Source of the DNA: Reclinomonas americana ATCC 50394
Taxonomy: Eukaryota
NCBI GenBank assembly: GCA_048213135.1
Contig: PS015218.1
Location: forward strand, 57,131-102,388
Reading direction: 5' to 3'
DNA: 45,258 nucleotides
Shown here: piece by piece, positions 34,831-45,258 of the stretch
How the letters are laid out: each line of letters starts with the position of its first letter
Numbering within the stretch: the first letter of the stretch is position 1
Made by a program: the position numbers and the translations under genes
Notes under the pieces: generated by a model
The model's database searches: none
What the model was told of the DNA's origin: nothing
What the model saw: only the letters and a program-made list of their open reading frames with translations

Positions 34831-37800
34831 TAACAGTGGTAGTGGTGATGGTGGTGGAGGCGACAATGTCGCTCCTGTGCAACGACCGGTTGACCCTGTC
34901 GACGCGTTCACACCCGACGTTGGTGAGTTCCCTGCGGAACACATGCGTCACTCGCTTCTTTTTCTCTCATGTGCGGTGGTGGGATCATAGATGTTGCCGA
35001 AGCCGCTGCACGATTCGGCAATCCCGACCTCAAGCTCCGCATCGAGCGCCTGACCAACGAGAACCGACTGTTGCGACAAGGCAACGATTGCCTCAGCGAA
35101 GAGCTGGCTTCCATGACTCGCGAGAACAATCAGCTGCGATCGGCGCTCGATAACCTCGGGCAAGACAATGCGCAGCTCATGTCCAACGCCGAGGAACTGG
35201 GCCTGCGACTGGCGCAGCTGATGCAACATCGTGGTGATGGCAGTGGTCACGGCGGCAGCGGCACTCGTGGACGACACCACCATCACCGTCACCACCAACA
35301 CGCATCACACGCACACACAGCGGCGACGGCGACGGCGGCGGCGTCCGACAGCCAAGGTGCACGCGCAGAGGACGGTGGTGGCGAGGCGCTGTCGGGAGTC
35401 TCGCCGTTGCTCTCGGTCAACGACGCCAGCATGACGGCGGCCGAGGCCATGGACAAGGTGCGGCGGCTGCGCGACGAAAATCTGCAGCTGCGCGCTCAGC
35501 TCTCGGCATCGTCCTCCATCAACTCCTCGCCCGTCAGCCCGCTTGTGCTCTCCGACGCCGACGAGGACGACGAAGACGAGGCGATCCGAACGCAGGAGGC
35601 AATCACGGCCGCCGCCATGGCTGCGGCTGGCGCCGTCGAGGCGTCGGGCGACTCGGGTCAGTCGATTGCTGCTGCATGGCAGCGGATTTCGGAGCTCGAG
35701 GCGGCGCATGCTGAGCAGGTTACAACACTGGAGCGACAGCTCTTGGAGTCNNNNNNNNNNNNNNNNNNNNNNNNNNNNNNNNNNNNNNNNNNNNNNNNNN
35801 NNNNNNNNNNNNNNNNNNNNNNNNNNNNNNNNNNNNNNNNNNNNNNNNNNNNNNNNNNNNNNNNNNNNNNNNNNNNNNNNNNNNNNNNNNNNNNNNNNNN
35901 NNNNNNNNNNNNNNNNNNNNNNNNNNNNNNNNNNNNNNNNNNNNNNNNNNNNNNNNNNNNNNNNNNNNNNNNNNNNNNNNNNNNNNNNNNNNNNNNNNNN
36001 NNNNNNNNNNNNNNNNNNNNNNNNNNNNNNNNNNNNNNNNNNNNNNNNNNNNNNNNNNNNNNNNNNNNNNNNNNNNNNNNNNNNNNNNNNNNNNNNNNNN
36101 NNNNNNNNNNNNNNNNNNNNNNNNNNNNNNNNNNNNNNNNNNNNNNNNNNNNNNNNNNNNNNNNNNNNNNNNNNNNNNNNNNNNNNNNNNNNNNNNNNNN
36201 NNNNNNNNNNNNNNNNNNNNNNNNNNNNNNNNNNNNNNNNNNNNNNNNNNNNNNNNNNNNNNNNNNNNNNNNNNNNNNNNNNNNNNNNNNNNNNNNNNNN
36301 NNNNNNNNNNNNNNNNNNNNNNNNNNNNNNNNNNNNNNNNNNNNNNNNNNNNNNNNNNNNNNNNNNNNNNNNNNNNNNNNNNNNNNNNNNNNNNNNNNNN
36401 NNNNNNNNNNNNNNNNNNNNNNNNNNNNNNNNNNNNNNNNNNNNNNNNNNNNNNNNNNNNNNNNNNNNNNNNNNNNNNNNNNNNNNNNNNNNNNNNNNNN
36501 NNNNNNNNNNNNNNNNNNNNNNNNNNNNNNNNNNNNNNNNNNNNNNNNNNNNNNNNNNNNNNNNNNNNNNNNNNNNNNNNNNNNNNNNNNNNNNNNNNNN
36601 NNNNNNNNNNNNNNNNNNNNNNNNNNNNNNNNNNNNNNNNNNNNNNNNNNNNNNNNNNNNNNNNNNNNNNNNNNNNNNNNNNNNNNNNNNNNNNNNNNNN
36701 NNNACGGACACGCATCGCGGATCTGGAGGCATCAATGCACGATGCAATTCTGGAACGCGAACGCGCCTGCCAGCAGCACTATCACGTTGCGTGCGGCTAT
36801 TCGTGTGCTGCTTGACCGTCGACTGTGCGACGCGACTGACGTGGGGTCTCTCGTCCTCTCTTTTTGTGTGCAGCACATGCTTATTGAGCTGCAGGAGCGT
36901 CAGTCGGAGACCATGGCCACAGTGGAGCAGAAGCTCCGCGAGGACAAGTCGGCGCTGCAGGCCAAGGACGCTCACATTGCGACGCTGACGGCGCGTATCA
37001 ACAATCTCGAGTCAGAGTTGCTGGTGGCCATGGAGCAGCGCGTGCAGTACGAGCAAGAGATCGCTGCGCTGGTGGGTGAGGTGGAGCGGCTGCGTGAGGT
37101 GTGCGGCGAGAACGAGGCCGACGACGACGACGATGATGGTGATGATGATGATGAGGAGGAGGGTCGCAACAGAAGCAGCGCCGCCAGCCGCCGCGCCGCC
37201 ACCAAGGGTCTGTCGCCCGAGGAACGCGCCGGCTATCGTGACGCCTCGGCTCTCGCTCTCCCTCTGACACCTGGCCGCGGCGAGGGAAGTCCGCGGGCCC
37301 GATTCAAGGCACAAGTCGCACACATCAAGNNNNNNNNNNNNNNNNNNNNCAGGAACATGCGCGGGAGATTGAGCGCCTGAAGGCCGATCACCAAAAGGAG
37401 ATCGATGCGTGGATTGCGTACAAGCGGCAGCGCATGGCCGCCGAATCCGAAGCAGCGGCAGCGGCCGCCGCCGCCGCCGCCGTGTCTGCCGTCAGTGGCG
37501 CCAACTCCTCTGCAGCCTCGCCGCGACGGGAGCGTGTCCTCGCATCTCCTCGTCGTGACCGCGACCTGTCGCCCAGACCAGCACTGTCACCACGACCTTC
37601 GCCGCGCTCCTCTCTGTCGCCGAGACCATCGTCCATGACTTCGCCCCGCTCGCCAAGGCGTGTGCGGCCTCCGCCCTCTGTGCCGTACTTGCAAGTCGAC
37701 CTGGCCACCGCTGCTGNNNNNNNNNNNNNNNNNNNNNNNNNNNNNNNNNNNNNNNNNNNNNNNNNNNNNNNNNNNNNNNNNNNNNNNNNNNNNNNNNNNN

Positions 37801-39242
37801 NNNNNNNNNNNNNNNNNNNNNNNNNNNNNNNNNNNNNNNNNNNNNNNNNNNNNNNNNNNNNNNNNNNNNNNNNNNNNNNNNNNNNNNNNNNNNNNNNNNN
37901 NNNNNNNNNNNNNNNNNNNNNNNNNNNNNNNNNNNNNNNNNNNNNNNNNNNNNNNNNNNNNNNNNNNNNNNNNNNNNNNNNNNNNNNNNNNNNNNNNNNN
38001 NNNNNNNNNNNNNNNNNNNNNNNNNNNNNNNNNNNNNNNNNNNNNNNNNNNNNNNNNNNNNNNNNNNNNNNNNNNNNNNNNNNNNNNNNNNNNNNNNNNN
38101 NNNNNNNNNNNNNNNNNNNNNNNNNNNNNNNNNNNNNNNNNNNNNNNNNNNNNNNNNNNNNNNNNNNNNNNNNNNNNNNNNNNNNNNNNNNNNNNNNNNN
38201 NNNNNNNNNNNNNNNNNNNNNNNNNNNNNNNNNNNNNNNNNNNNNNNNNNNNNNNNNNNNNNNNNNNNNNNNNNNNNNNNNNNNNNNNNNNNNNNNNNNN
38301 NNNNNNNNNNNNNNNNNNNNNNNNCGGCTGCGGCTTCCGCCAACTCCCTCGGCGTGCCCTCCTCCTCGTCGTCCGCTGCCAGCAGCAGTGGGCCATCAGC
38401 TGCCAGTCACCCCACAAGTACCTCCATCCAGGTGCCGCCACTGGCGGCAGTCGGTGGTGGAGCTTCTCCACTTGTGCCCCGACTGCCGCCGATGGTGCAG
38501 GATGCCATCGACGGACCAATTCTGGGTGTGGGGTACGTACGCGCACGCACACACACTTGCCATCATTTACCTCGTGCTCACCGCCGTTGTTGTATCTCTT
38601 GCAGGTCACCGAGGAGAGTCGGACAGTGGCCGTCAGGTGCTGCTGCTGCGTCGCCGCCCTCGGCCCCCTTGTCGGCCGAGCCGTCGACGCTGCTGTCACT
38701 GGTGGCCGCCGGCAACACGTCGAACAAGGTGCTGCTGGCCGGCATCCAGTCATCGTCGTGGGACATGCGTTCGTACACACAAGCCATTCGCGACGAAGGC
38801 AACGCAGCCATGCTCGAGAGTGCCGGCATTGGACATGCCGGCTACTATTCCTTTGACCCTACTGGTTACGTCAGTGCCTCTACGATTGCTTGCAACGTAC
38901 GTTGCCGCGTGCTCACCAATCGCCGCAGCCAAGGCGCACGCGACGCTCTTCCTGTTGTGTCTCCAGTCGGCGGTGAAGACAGAGGCTGTTACGCCGGCTG
39001 AGCCCGACGCGGCCCTCGAAACCATGGCGGTTCTCGTCGTGCGCACGTTGCACTACTACGGCATTCCGTGCAAGGCCCGTTGGTTGGAGACTCGTCGGCA
39101 GCGTGAGAGTGCGGTCATCGACGATGAGGCGGTTCTGGCGGAGACTGGGTTCTTTGTTCGCGGTCAAGCACGGCTACAGCCGTCATTTAAGCTGGCGGGC
39201 GCCGCGTTCCACAATTTCCTTGATCGTATCGAGCGTCGTTAA
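32717..39242 (+). CDS. N-terminal-motor kinesin, kinesin-7/CENP-E-like, with coiled-coil stalk and C-terminal domain; interrupted by four gaps
   Basis: [105 protein letters not shown]. Neck INEVLDDHTLIKRYEREILELQ resembles kinesin-7. Continuity across the gaps is inferred. Confidence 0.82.
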
Positions 39243-39275
39243 GTATAGACGTCGTTAATTTTTCTCCATGTGCTT

Positions 39276-42200
39276 TCACGGCAGTTCCAGCTGCTGTCGC
39301 ATTGCACGCCGTCGACCCTCCAGCATGTCTTGATACATCATTTCGTCGTCGTCCAGGTAATAGAACAAGTGTCGCTCCTTGGTCGGCAGGTTGGTGATCG
39401 GAGGGCCCATCCATTTGAGCAGCTTGGCTTGCACGCGCCGCACGAGATCGGTGTGCGCTGCTCACGAAATGCAATCAATGGAGGCGTGCATGCAAGGTGG
39501 TGGGGCGAGCACGCAACGCTTCGGGACAACGGTGGCCGGGGGCGGGGCCTGGTAGTTGGGCGACATGACACGCAAGTTGCGTGCGCGCAGTTCCTCGATC
39601 TCGCGTACCGCCACCTGCACGTAGTGCTCGTACAGCTCGAACCACACCTTGATATCCAGCGACCAGGCGTCTTCCACGTCACCACCTTTTCGACACGTGT
39701 AAGCCACACAACGTGCAGATCATTTGTATCGTGAAGGGACGGACGTACCGTGCGTGAGGTCGTCGACATCTGCCGGGTGGCGCAGGCGTGCCGTGTACTG
39801 CGACACCTCTCGACGAACCGCATCTTCGGCAGCCTTCTCCGCCACCTTGCCAATGTGCTTGTCGACCAGCTGATCAATGTCCTTTTGCAAGTCAGCGTAC
39901 TGCACCTTGAGCACCGTGCGCACGTACTCGAGCACTTCGCGTCGACTGCAATTCGGCACATGGTCAACAAACGACGCCCCCGTGTGCCAGCAGCGACACG
40001 TGGTGAACGTACGTGTACTGAGTAGCCAGCGCCGTCGGTGAGTAGTCCGGCAAGTACACCGCGGTGGGAAACTTGCCGGCCTGTGCGCGCACAGTACGCA
40101 GCTCCTTGCAGAACCGCCAGAGGAATTCGAACCGTGCAAACTCGCCCTCGCCTAACTCGGCCGCCTCTTCGCTGTCCTGACCTCGACCGCTGTCGCGTGC
40201 CACCAGCTCCATCTACGGACTGCCATGTAAATGGGGAGAGGAGCGGAGGCACGGAGAGAACGAGAGCACCTTCTCCAAGCACCACGCCTCCACCAGGTTG
40301 AGTTGAACATTGCTGGCCCGCTCGGCCAATACCAACAACGCACGTCGCACTGATGGAGGTAGCTGCATAGAATGCGGTTCCTATCCCGTTCAGTGCTTAT
40401 CGTGCGCAATCGCAGAAAGATACCGAGTTGAGCCAACCTTGGAGCTGACAGGAAAGCGCTCGTAGGTCTCCTCCGTGCGCACCCGAGCAGGCTGTCGATC
40501 TGGCGGTTTTTTTGGTCGCCGTCGCCGCTGCTCTGTCACCTCTTCGTCGACGCCTGACAGCGTGCAATGTGCATTTGTTACGCGGTGAGTGCCTGGCCAG
40601 CTGCCACACTCGGGAGACCACCACCAACCATTCAGCAGATCCAACTCGACCTGCCATCGCGCAGGGAATGTACACGACTGCGAGATGATGGCGAGCACGT
40701 CGGGAGGAAAGCTGTCGCTGGCCGACACCGGCGCGACAGCATCCATGTCTTCCACCGCACTGCAGCCGCACAAGTAGCGCCGCGTGTACAAGAGGGCGGC
40801 ACAGGCGGTTCGCATGTGCTTGGTGGCTCTGAAACCTGTGCGCATTAACGCAACGATGAGGATGGCGGAGGACACAAGGTCACGGGCGGGGCCGGTGCAG
40901 GCGCACCTTGGGGATGACTGGCCAAGTGTGCAGCGAGAATGCGAAGAAACTCGGACTCGTTTTTACACACGGCGTCGGCGGAGGACACTTGCAAGTTGAG
41001 GAGGCGCGTCGTTCCGGAGGCCGCCGATGCACCTGCGCCGCCAAACTCCTCAGACGATCCGATCTGAGGCAAGGGAACACGAGGGGGTAAGCATCGTAAG
41101 AAGAACACGCACTTACTCGACCGCACGGCACCCACCCGACGAGAGTCGACCGGCGGCGACGTGTCGGCCACCATGGCTTGCCGGATGACACGCACAGCGT
41201 CGACAATCCCCGGCTGTGACAGGAGCGCTGACAGGCAAGAAGGCATGTCAATGGACGATAAAATACATGGACATGCAGATCACGTCAGACTGAACCTGCG
41301 GCCTGAAGGCGCTGCCGCCGACGTTGGCGGACGGCCACACGAATGCCTCCAACAATCTCTCTTTGCAGCACGGCACCCACTGATTCATCCGCAGCAGGCA
41401 GCGCATCTGCTGCGAGCAGCTGACGAGCCCTGCAAAAACAAAAAACACACGCGAGTGAATTGGGTGCAACGCCGTGAGCTCACTCACAGAGCGCACTCAC
41501 CGTCGCAACACATCCACACGTCGTTGCAAGTCTGCCATTTGTCGAGCAACTTGTTGCATCTTCTTGTTCGGGTCGCGGTACAGTGGAACGCGAACGACAA
41601 ACTCGCCATGTCGCTGGCCAGGCGGAGGGATGGCGGCACGTATTCGCAGCGTCGTACCAATGGTGATGTCTGTAAAACTGTTGTGCACACACGGGAGTGA
41701 GCTACTGCATCCCGAGTCATGCAACGAACACGCAACGGCCAGTCAGGCAATGCAACGTCAAAGTCGGGGCGATCCTGTTGCGCATCAATGCTTTGTTCCG
41801 CGGCGAGCTCTTGTTGTAACCGAGTGCTCAAGTAGTGCACATAGCGGCCGACATCCTCGGCACTGGTGAGATCGATCTGCGGTGCTGGGTTGGCCAACAC
41901 ACCACAGCCGCCATACATCGGCACTTTTGCGCGCACGCAACTCGCTGCGGGAACGACTCTGAAGGGCGCATGGTGGCGAATGCGGACGGCGGCGCCACAA
42001 TCGCAAACTCCTCGTCATCGGCGAATACCACCCGAGGCACCAGTAGCAAGCCGCGAGCGCGCAAGTCTGCCAACGCATACAGCAGGATACGATAGGCTCG
42101 ACGGAGAAGTGTGCGGAGTGCCTCTTGCACCTGCAGCACCGTGCGTGTGGTCAACGACTGGCCTTCTGCGTGTGACTCTCGTTCAGTAAGTGCTCCGCAA

Positions 42201-43683
42201 GTTCATGAAGGTGCTACCAACTGTGCACACACCTTCTGCGTTCGCGGCAGTGGTAGACGCGGCGCCCTGTGCCACGGCGCCCATGATGAGGTGCTTGAGT
42301 CGCGTGGGGGTCACTGAAGACGTCGATGGTGAGAGTGAGGAAGGGGGGTAGGAGTGGGCGGGCGTTGGTGAACGAACCACCGAATGGTCGCAACAGCGTG
42401 GCCACCACTCGCTGCAGCCAGCGCACAGGTGCATTGCGATACTCGATCTCTCGCTGACGGAGGGCCGACAGCAGTGATCGGAGAAACGTGTCGGACGAGT
42501 AGGCGGCCGTCGACAGGACCTGTGTGTGTGTGAGGGAGTGAATGTGTCGGCAAGTATATGGAGGGGGGAAGGAGCGACATGATGACACCCACCGTCCACA
42601 GCAACTCGGGCTCCATGTCCGGCAGCAGCCACGGAAGCATGCGACTCGCGAGCGCAAAGAACTCTTGCTGCAACGTGCGGTGAGAGCGACACGGAGTGCA
42701 GCAGGAGAAGCGCCGACACACAAACCTTCATCATCAGCAACACGTCGTCGCGTACGAGATGCCAGGCATCCTCCAGCACCGTGTTGCCTACGTGGTGCGC
42801 ACAGTCGTGAGTGCACGCAATAGGAGACGCATCCCACGAAAAGGGACGCACCCTCGGCCAGCTCCCGCGACCTCGTGCGCTCCACCTCCTGCTCCCTCCG
42901 CCTGCGCAACACCACGTCCAATCGTCTGCAACAAGCAAGCCACTCGTGAGCCACTCGAGCGCGCGAGCGATGAACCAGTTCTTTCTCCCGACAGACCGCC
43001 GACGCAAGTGCTGGCGCAGCAGCAGCGACACCTCGTTGGTCGTCAGTCCGCGATGTCGCACGAGTCTGACACGCGCAACTCAGCATGCAGAGATATTCTT
43101 CTTAGTGTGTGCGTGCAAGCTCACCTCTCGGCCCAGTCCAGAAGCACCTGACGAGCAGCCGCAGTGCGCACTCGTGCTCCCTCCATCCCATCCCGCGACG
43201 AGCTGTCGATGCTGATGGTGGATTGAGTTGTCTCGCGTCTGTGCATGCATGCACACACACAATCACACAGACCGCAGTCCCTCGGCATCCATGATGGCCT
43301 CCAAGGCGGCCACAGTGCCTACCATCCCCCCACAGTCAGTCAGCGAGTCAGTGTGCAAAGAACACGAGTGCTAGCGCAACGATGTGGCAATGCACGATGC
43401 GGACGAGATCGACGAGCAGGAGCTTGACGACGCTGTTGCCACTCACATGAGACACACACACAGACACACACTTGGGATCGCACACATGCACAGGCAGGCA
43501 GCGGACCTGTCGGAGTGCAACGCGACGCAGCAGTCGCCATTGCCACACCGCTGCGGCCTCGTCTCTCGCGTGCTGCCACATGCTACGAGTGCGCTGCACT
43601 GAGGCCTGCAACATGTGCGTCACTGTGTTGGTGCACGACTCGAGTCGCGCCACCAGCGACGACCGTGCATCGTCCCTGCTCAT
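39276..43683 (-). CDS. Large multi-exon protein of unknown function (possibly two genes; start approximate)
   Basis: Phase-compatible GT-AG exons, e.g. SESFPQR/IDLTSAEDVGRY, LPDWP/FTDITIG, VVPKP/HTDLVRRVQAKLLKWMG...QQLELP*. No family recognised. Confidence 0.6.
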
Positions 43684-43773
43684 TCTCCATTCTATGCACG
43701 ATCAGAGACGGACGGAAGTTCACTCTCACTCCCTGTGCGACTCGCCGTCCCTCTTCTCTACGGTGCTGGTGCA

Positions 43774-45258
43774 TCATCGCTGCTCGTGCAGCGTCAGCTC
43801 CTTTTCGGGTATCGCCGAGAAGTACTTGGCCACTTCGTCGTCGGCGACGTCGGCCAGTGCGGCGGGCTGCCAGTTGCGGGTGCTGCGCTTCTCAATCAGC
43901 TGCGCACGGACGCCCTCGTAGAAGTCCTTGCCGTGCTGCACCGAGCGCAAGGCAAGAGTGCATATGGTGAGAGTGGGGGGAGGGAGGGGAGGGGGAAGGG
44001 GAGGAGGGGAGGGGAGGGGAGGGGAGGGGAGGGGAGGAAGGGAGAGGGGAGAAGGGGAGGNNNNNNNNNNNNNNNNNNNNAGAGAGAGAGAGAGAGGGAC
44101 ACACACACACACACAAACCATCATGTGGTACGCAATGCGGTACTCCATCTTCAGGCAATCGGCGAGCGACAGTGTGGCGCCCTCGCGCAGTTGGCGATAG
44201 GTCACCTTGAGCGACGTTGGCGACACCTTGTGCTGCAGCGTCTCCAGCGTCTTCTTCTGCCACTCCTTCTCGTGCGGTGTGCCACTCTCGGTCTTCAACG
44301 CCTTGACAATCTCCTCCACGCTCGACTTGGAGAAGCAGCGATCGATAATGTCGAAGAACTGCGTCACCGAGTGCCGTTCTTCGCCCTCACCCTCAAACGC
44401 CTCGATCGTGTTCTCGATTGCGTTCACCGCATCCTCCCGACTCAGCACATCCACCGACAGATCCGCCAGTGCCGCCTCCAGCTCATTCAGGCGGTGGCCG
44501 GGCACATAGTGCGTGGCAATACCCGCCTCCCTGCGCGAAGCGAGTGAGTCGAGACTGCAGCGGAGACACCGCTACTCACACAGCAGCACCACGCAACACA
44601 AGCTCCTTNNNNNNNNNNNNNNNNNNNNCCGCCCATCACCAGCCCGTGCATGAATGCAATCGTCGGCTTTTGCAGAGTGCCAATGAGGTAATCCAGACGG
44701 TACTCCTCGCGGAAAAAGTCCAACGCCAGCTTGAAGTTGCCGGCCATTCCCGCCTGCACAATCGCCTTGACGTCGCCACCCTGCGCGACCAACAGCTCAG
44801 TGTGTGCACGCACAACAAAATGCATGCGCAAATGCAACAAGGGTGTTCGCACCGCACACAGCGCACGGTCGTCGCCGCGCAGAAGCACTGCCTTGGTCGT
44901 CTTGCTCTTCTCCCACACCTATGCAACTGCGTGAGGAGAGAGAGAGAGTGCGGAGAGGAGGGAGAGTGGAGAGAGAGCACCTCGTACTGCTTTGTCAGCG
45001 AGCGAATCATGGCGAGATTGATGGCATTGAGCGCCTTTGGTCGGTTCAGTGTCGCCACCTTCAGTCCGCTCGCATCGGTGAACTTGACCTGCACAGCTCT
45101 TGAACGTCAGCACACAGACGCGACATGTCCCACTCTGCTCAAAAAAAAACGCACCTCACTGCTCTGCTCGTGATGATGATGCTGATCGTGGTGGTGGTGC
45201 TGGTGGTGGTGTGATGCCGTGCTGAGCGACCGCACAGTGAAGGCACGCGGAAGCCGCA
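43774..45258 (-). CDS. HIBCH: 3-hydroxyisobutyryl-CoA hydrolase (crotonase family), mitochondrial; 5' end at or just beyond the window edge, internal gap
   Basis: TLNRPKALNAINLAMI, ALCA/GGDVK, FFREEYRLDYLI, KPTIAFMHGLVMG, GIATHYV, SPTSLKVTYRQLREG...CLKMEYR, DFYEGVRAQLI, WQP. Confidence 0.93.
43975..44060 (+). repeat. Purine-only (GGGGA)n-like tract inside a HIBCH intron, bordering a gap
   Basis: GGGGGGAGGGAGGGGAGGGGGAAGGGGAGGAGGGGAGGGGAGGGGA...; many G3-G6 runs. Confidence 0.85.

Noticed and set aside
37330-37349. Apparent frameshift in the kinesin tail
   Set aside because: The frame changes across a 20-N placeholder gap of unknown true size.
4364-44547. Many long antisense or alternate-frame ORFs in the ORF track (e.g. 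4364-5410 +, 9151-10251 +, 43615-44547 +)
   Set aside because: Expected shadows of GC-rich coding exons, or ORFs inflated by N runs.
1523-44597. Non-canonical intron ends (TT- or GC-starting) as the explanation for the GTTGCGT motif
   Set aside because: Shifting the boundaries breaks conserved residues (FNNHG, PLDT, LYRG). Every intron I resolved fits GT-AG.
44608-44628. Apparent deletion of about 60 conserved residues in HIBCH (pseudogene?)
   Set aside because: The missing segment coincides with an N gap, so it is an assembly artefact.
22134-45258. Functional clustering of HIBCH with the AGXT2-like gene (both near methylmalonate semialdehyde metabolism)
   Set aside because: About 20 kb and several unrelated genes apart; no support beyond pathway proximity.
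1-45258. Transposons, CRISPR arrays, tRNA/rRNA genes, TPP riboswitch, reassigned stop codons
   Set aside because: No transposase or RT motifs, terminal repeats, spaced repeats or diagnostic RNA motifs seen. TAA and TGA end genes normally, and no in-frame stops remain in the spliced models I resolved.

Overview
Eukaryotic nuclear DNA from a gapped draft assembly: a compact, intron-dense genome of an unidentified, probably unicellular eukaryote. Introns are GT-AG, mostly 60-120 nt, and rich in microsatellites. I reconstructed gene models by hand from splice signals and recalled protein-family motifs; no database search was run. Gene order: TRAPPC2L 3' end (+); a ~375-nt highly self-complementary intergenic element; SH3/coiled-coil gene (+, truncated at a gap); kinesin-14 motor 3' exons (-); Elongin C (+); Ac45/VOA1-like membrane protein (-); RRP15 (+); large Sfi1-repeat protein (-); SUV3 helicase (+); AP-3 sigma (-); a co-oriented cluster of three amino-acid-type mitochondrial carriers around an AGXT2-like aminotransferase (-); UTP11 (+); UTP6 (-); a divergent kinesin-7-like motor (+); a large unknown protein (-); HIBCH (-, 5' truncated). 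Main highlights: (1) a frequent 5' splice-site class GTTGCGT/GTYYCGT that looks like the normal GTGCGT donor shifted by one base and occurs almost only when the last exon base is not G; (2) four 3-nt microexons at two positions conserved between two carrier paralogs; (3) the carrier-aminotransferase cluster, with a 35-nt stop-to-start spacer; (4) a candidate structured ncRNA at 433-806; (5) a probable SH3-kinesin-14 fusion split by a mis-oriented contig.
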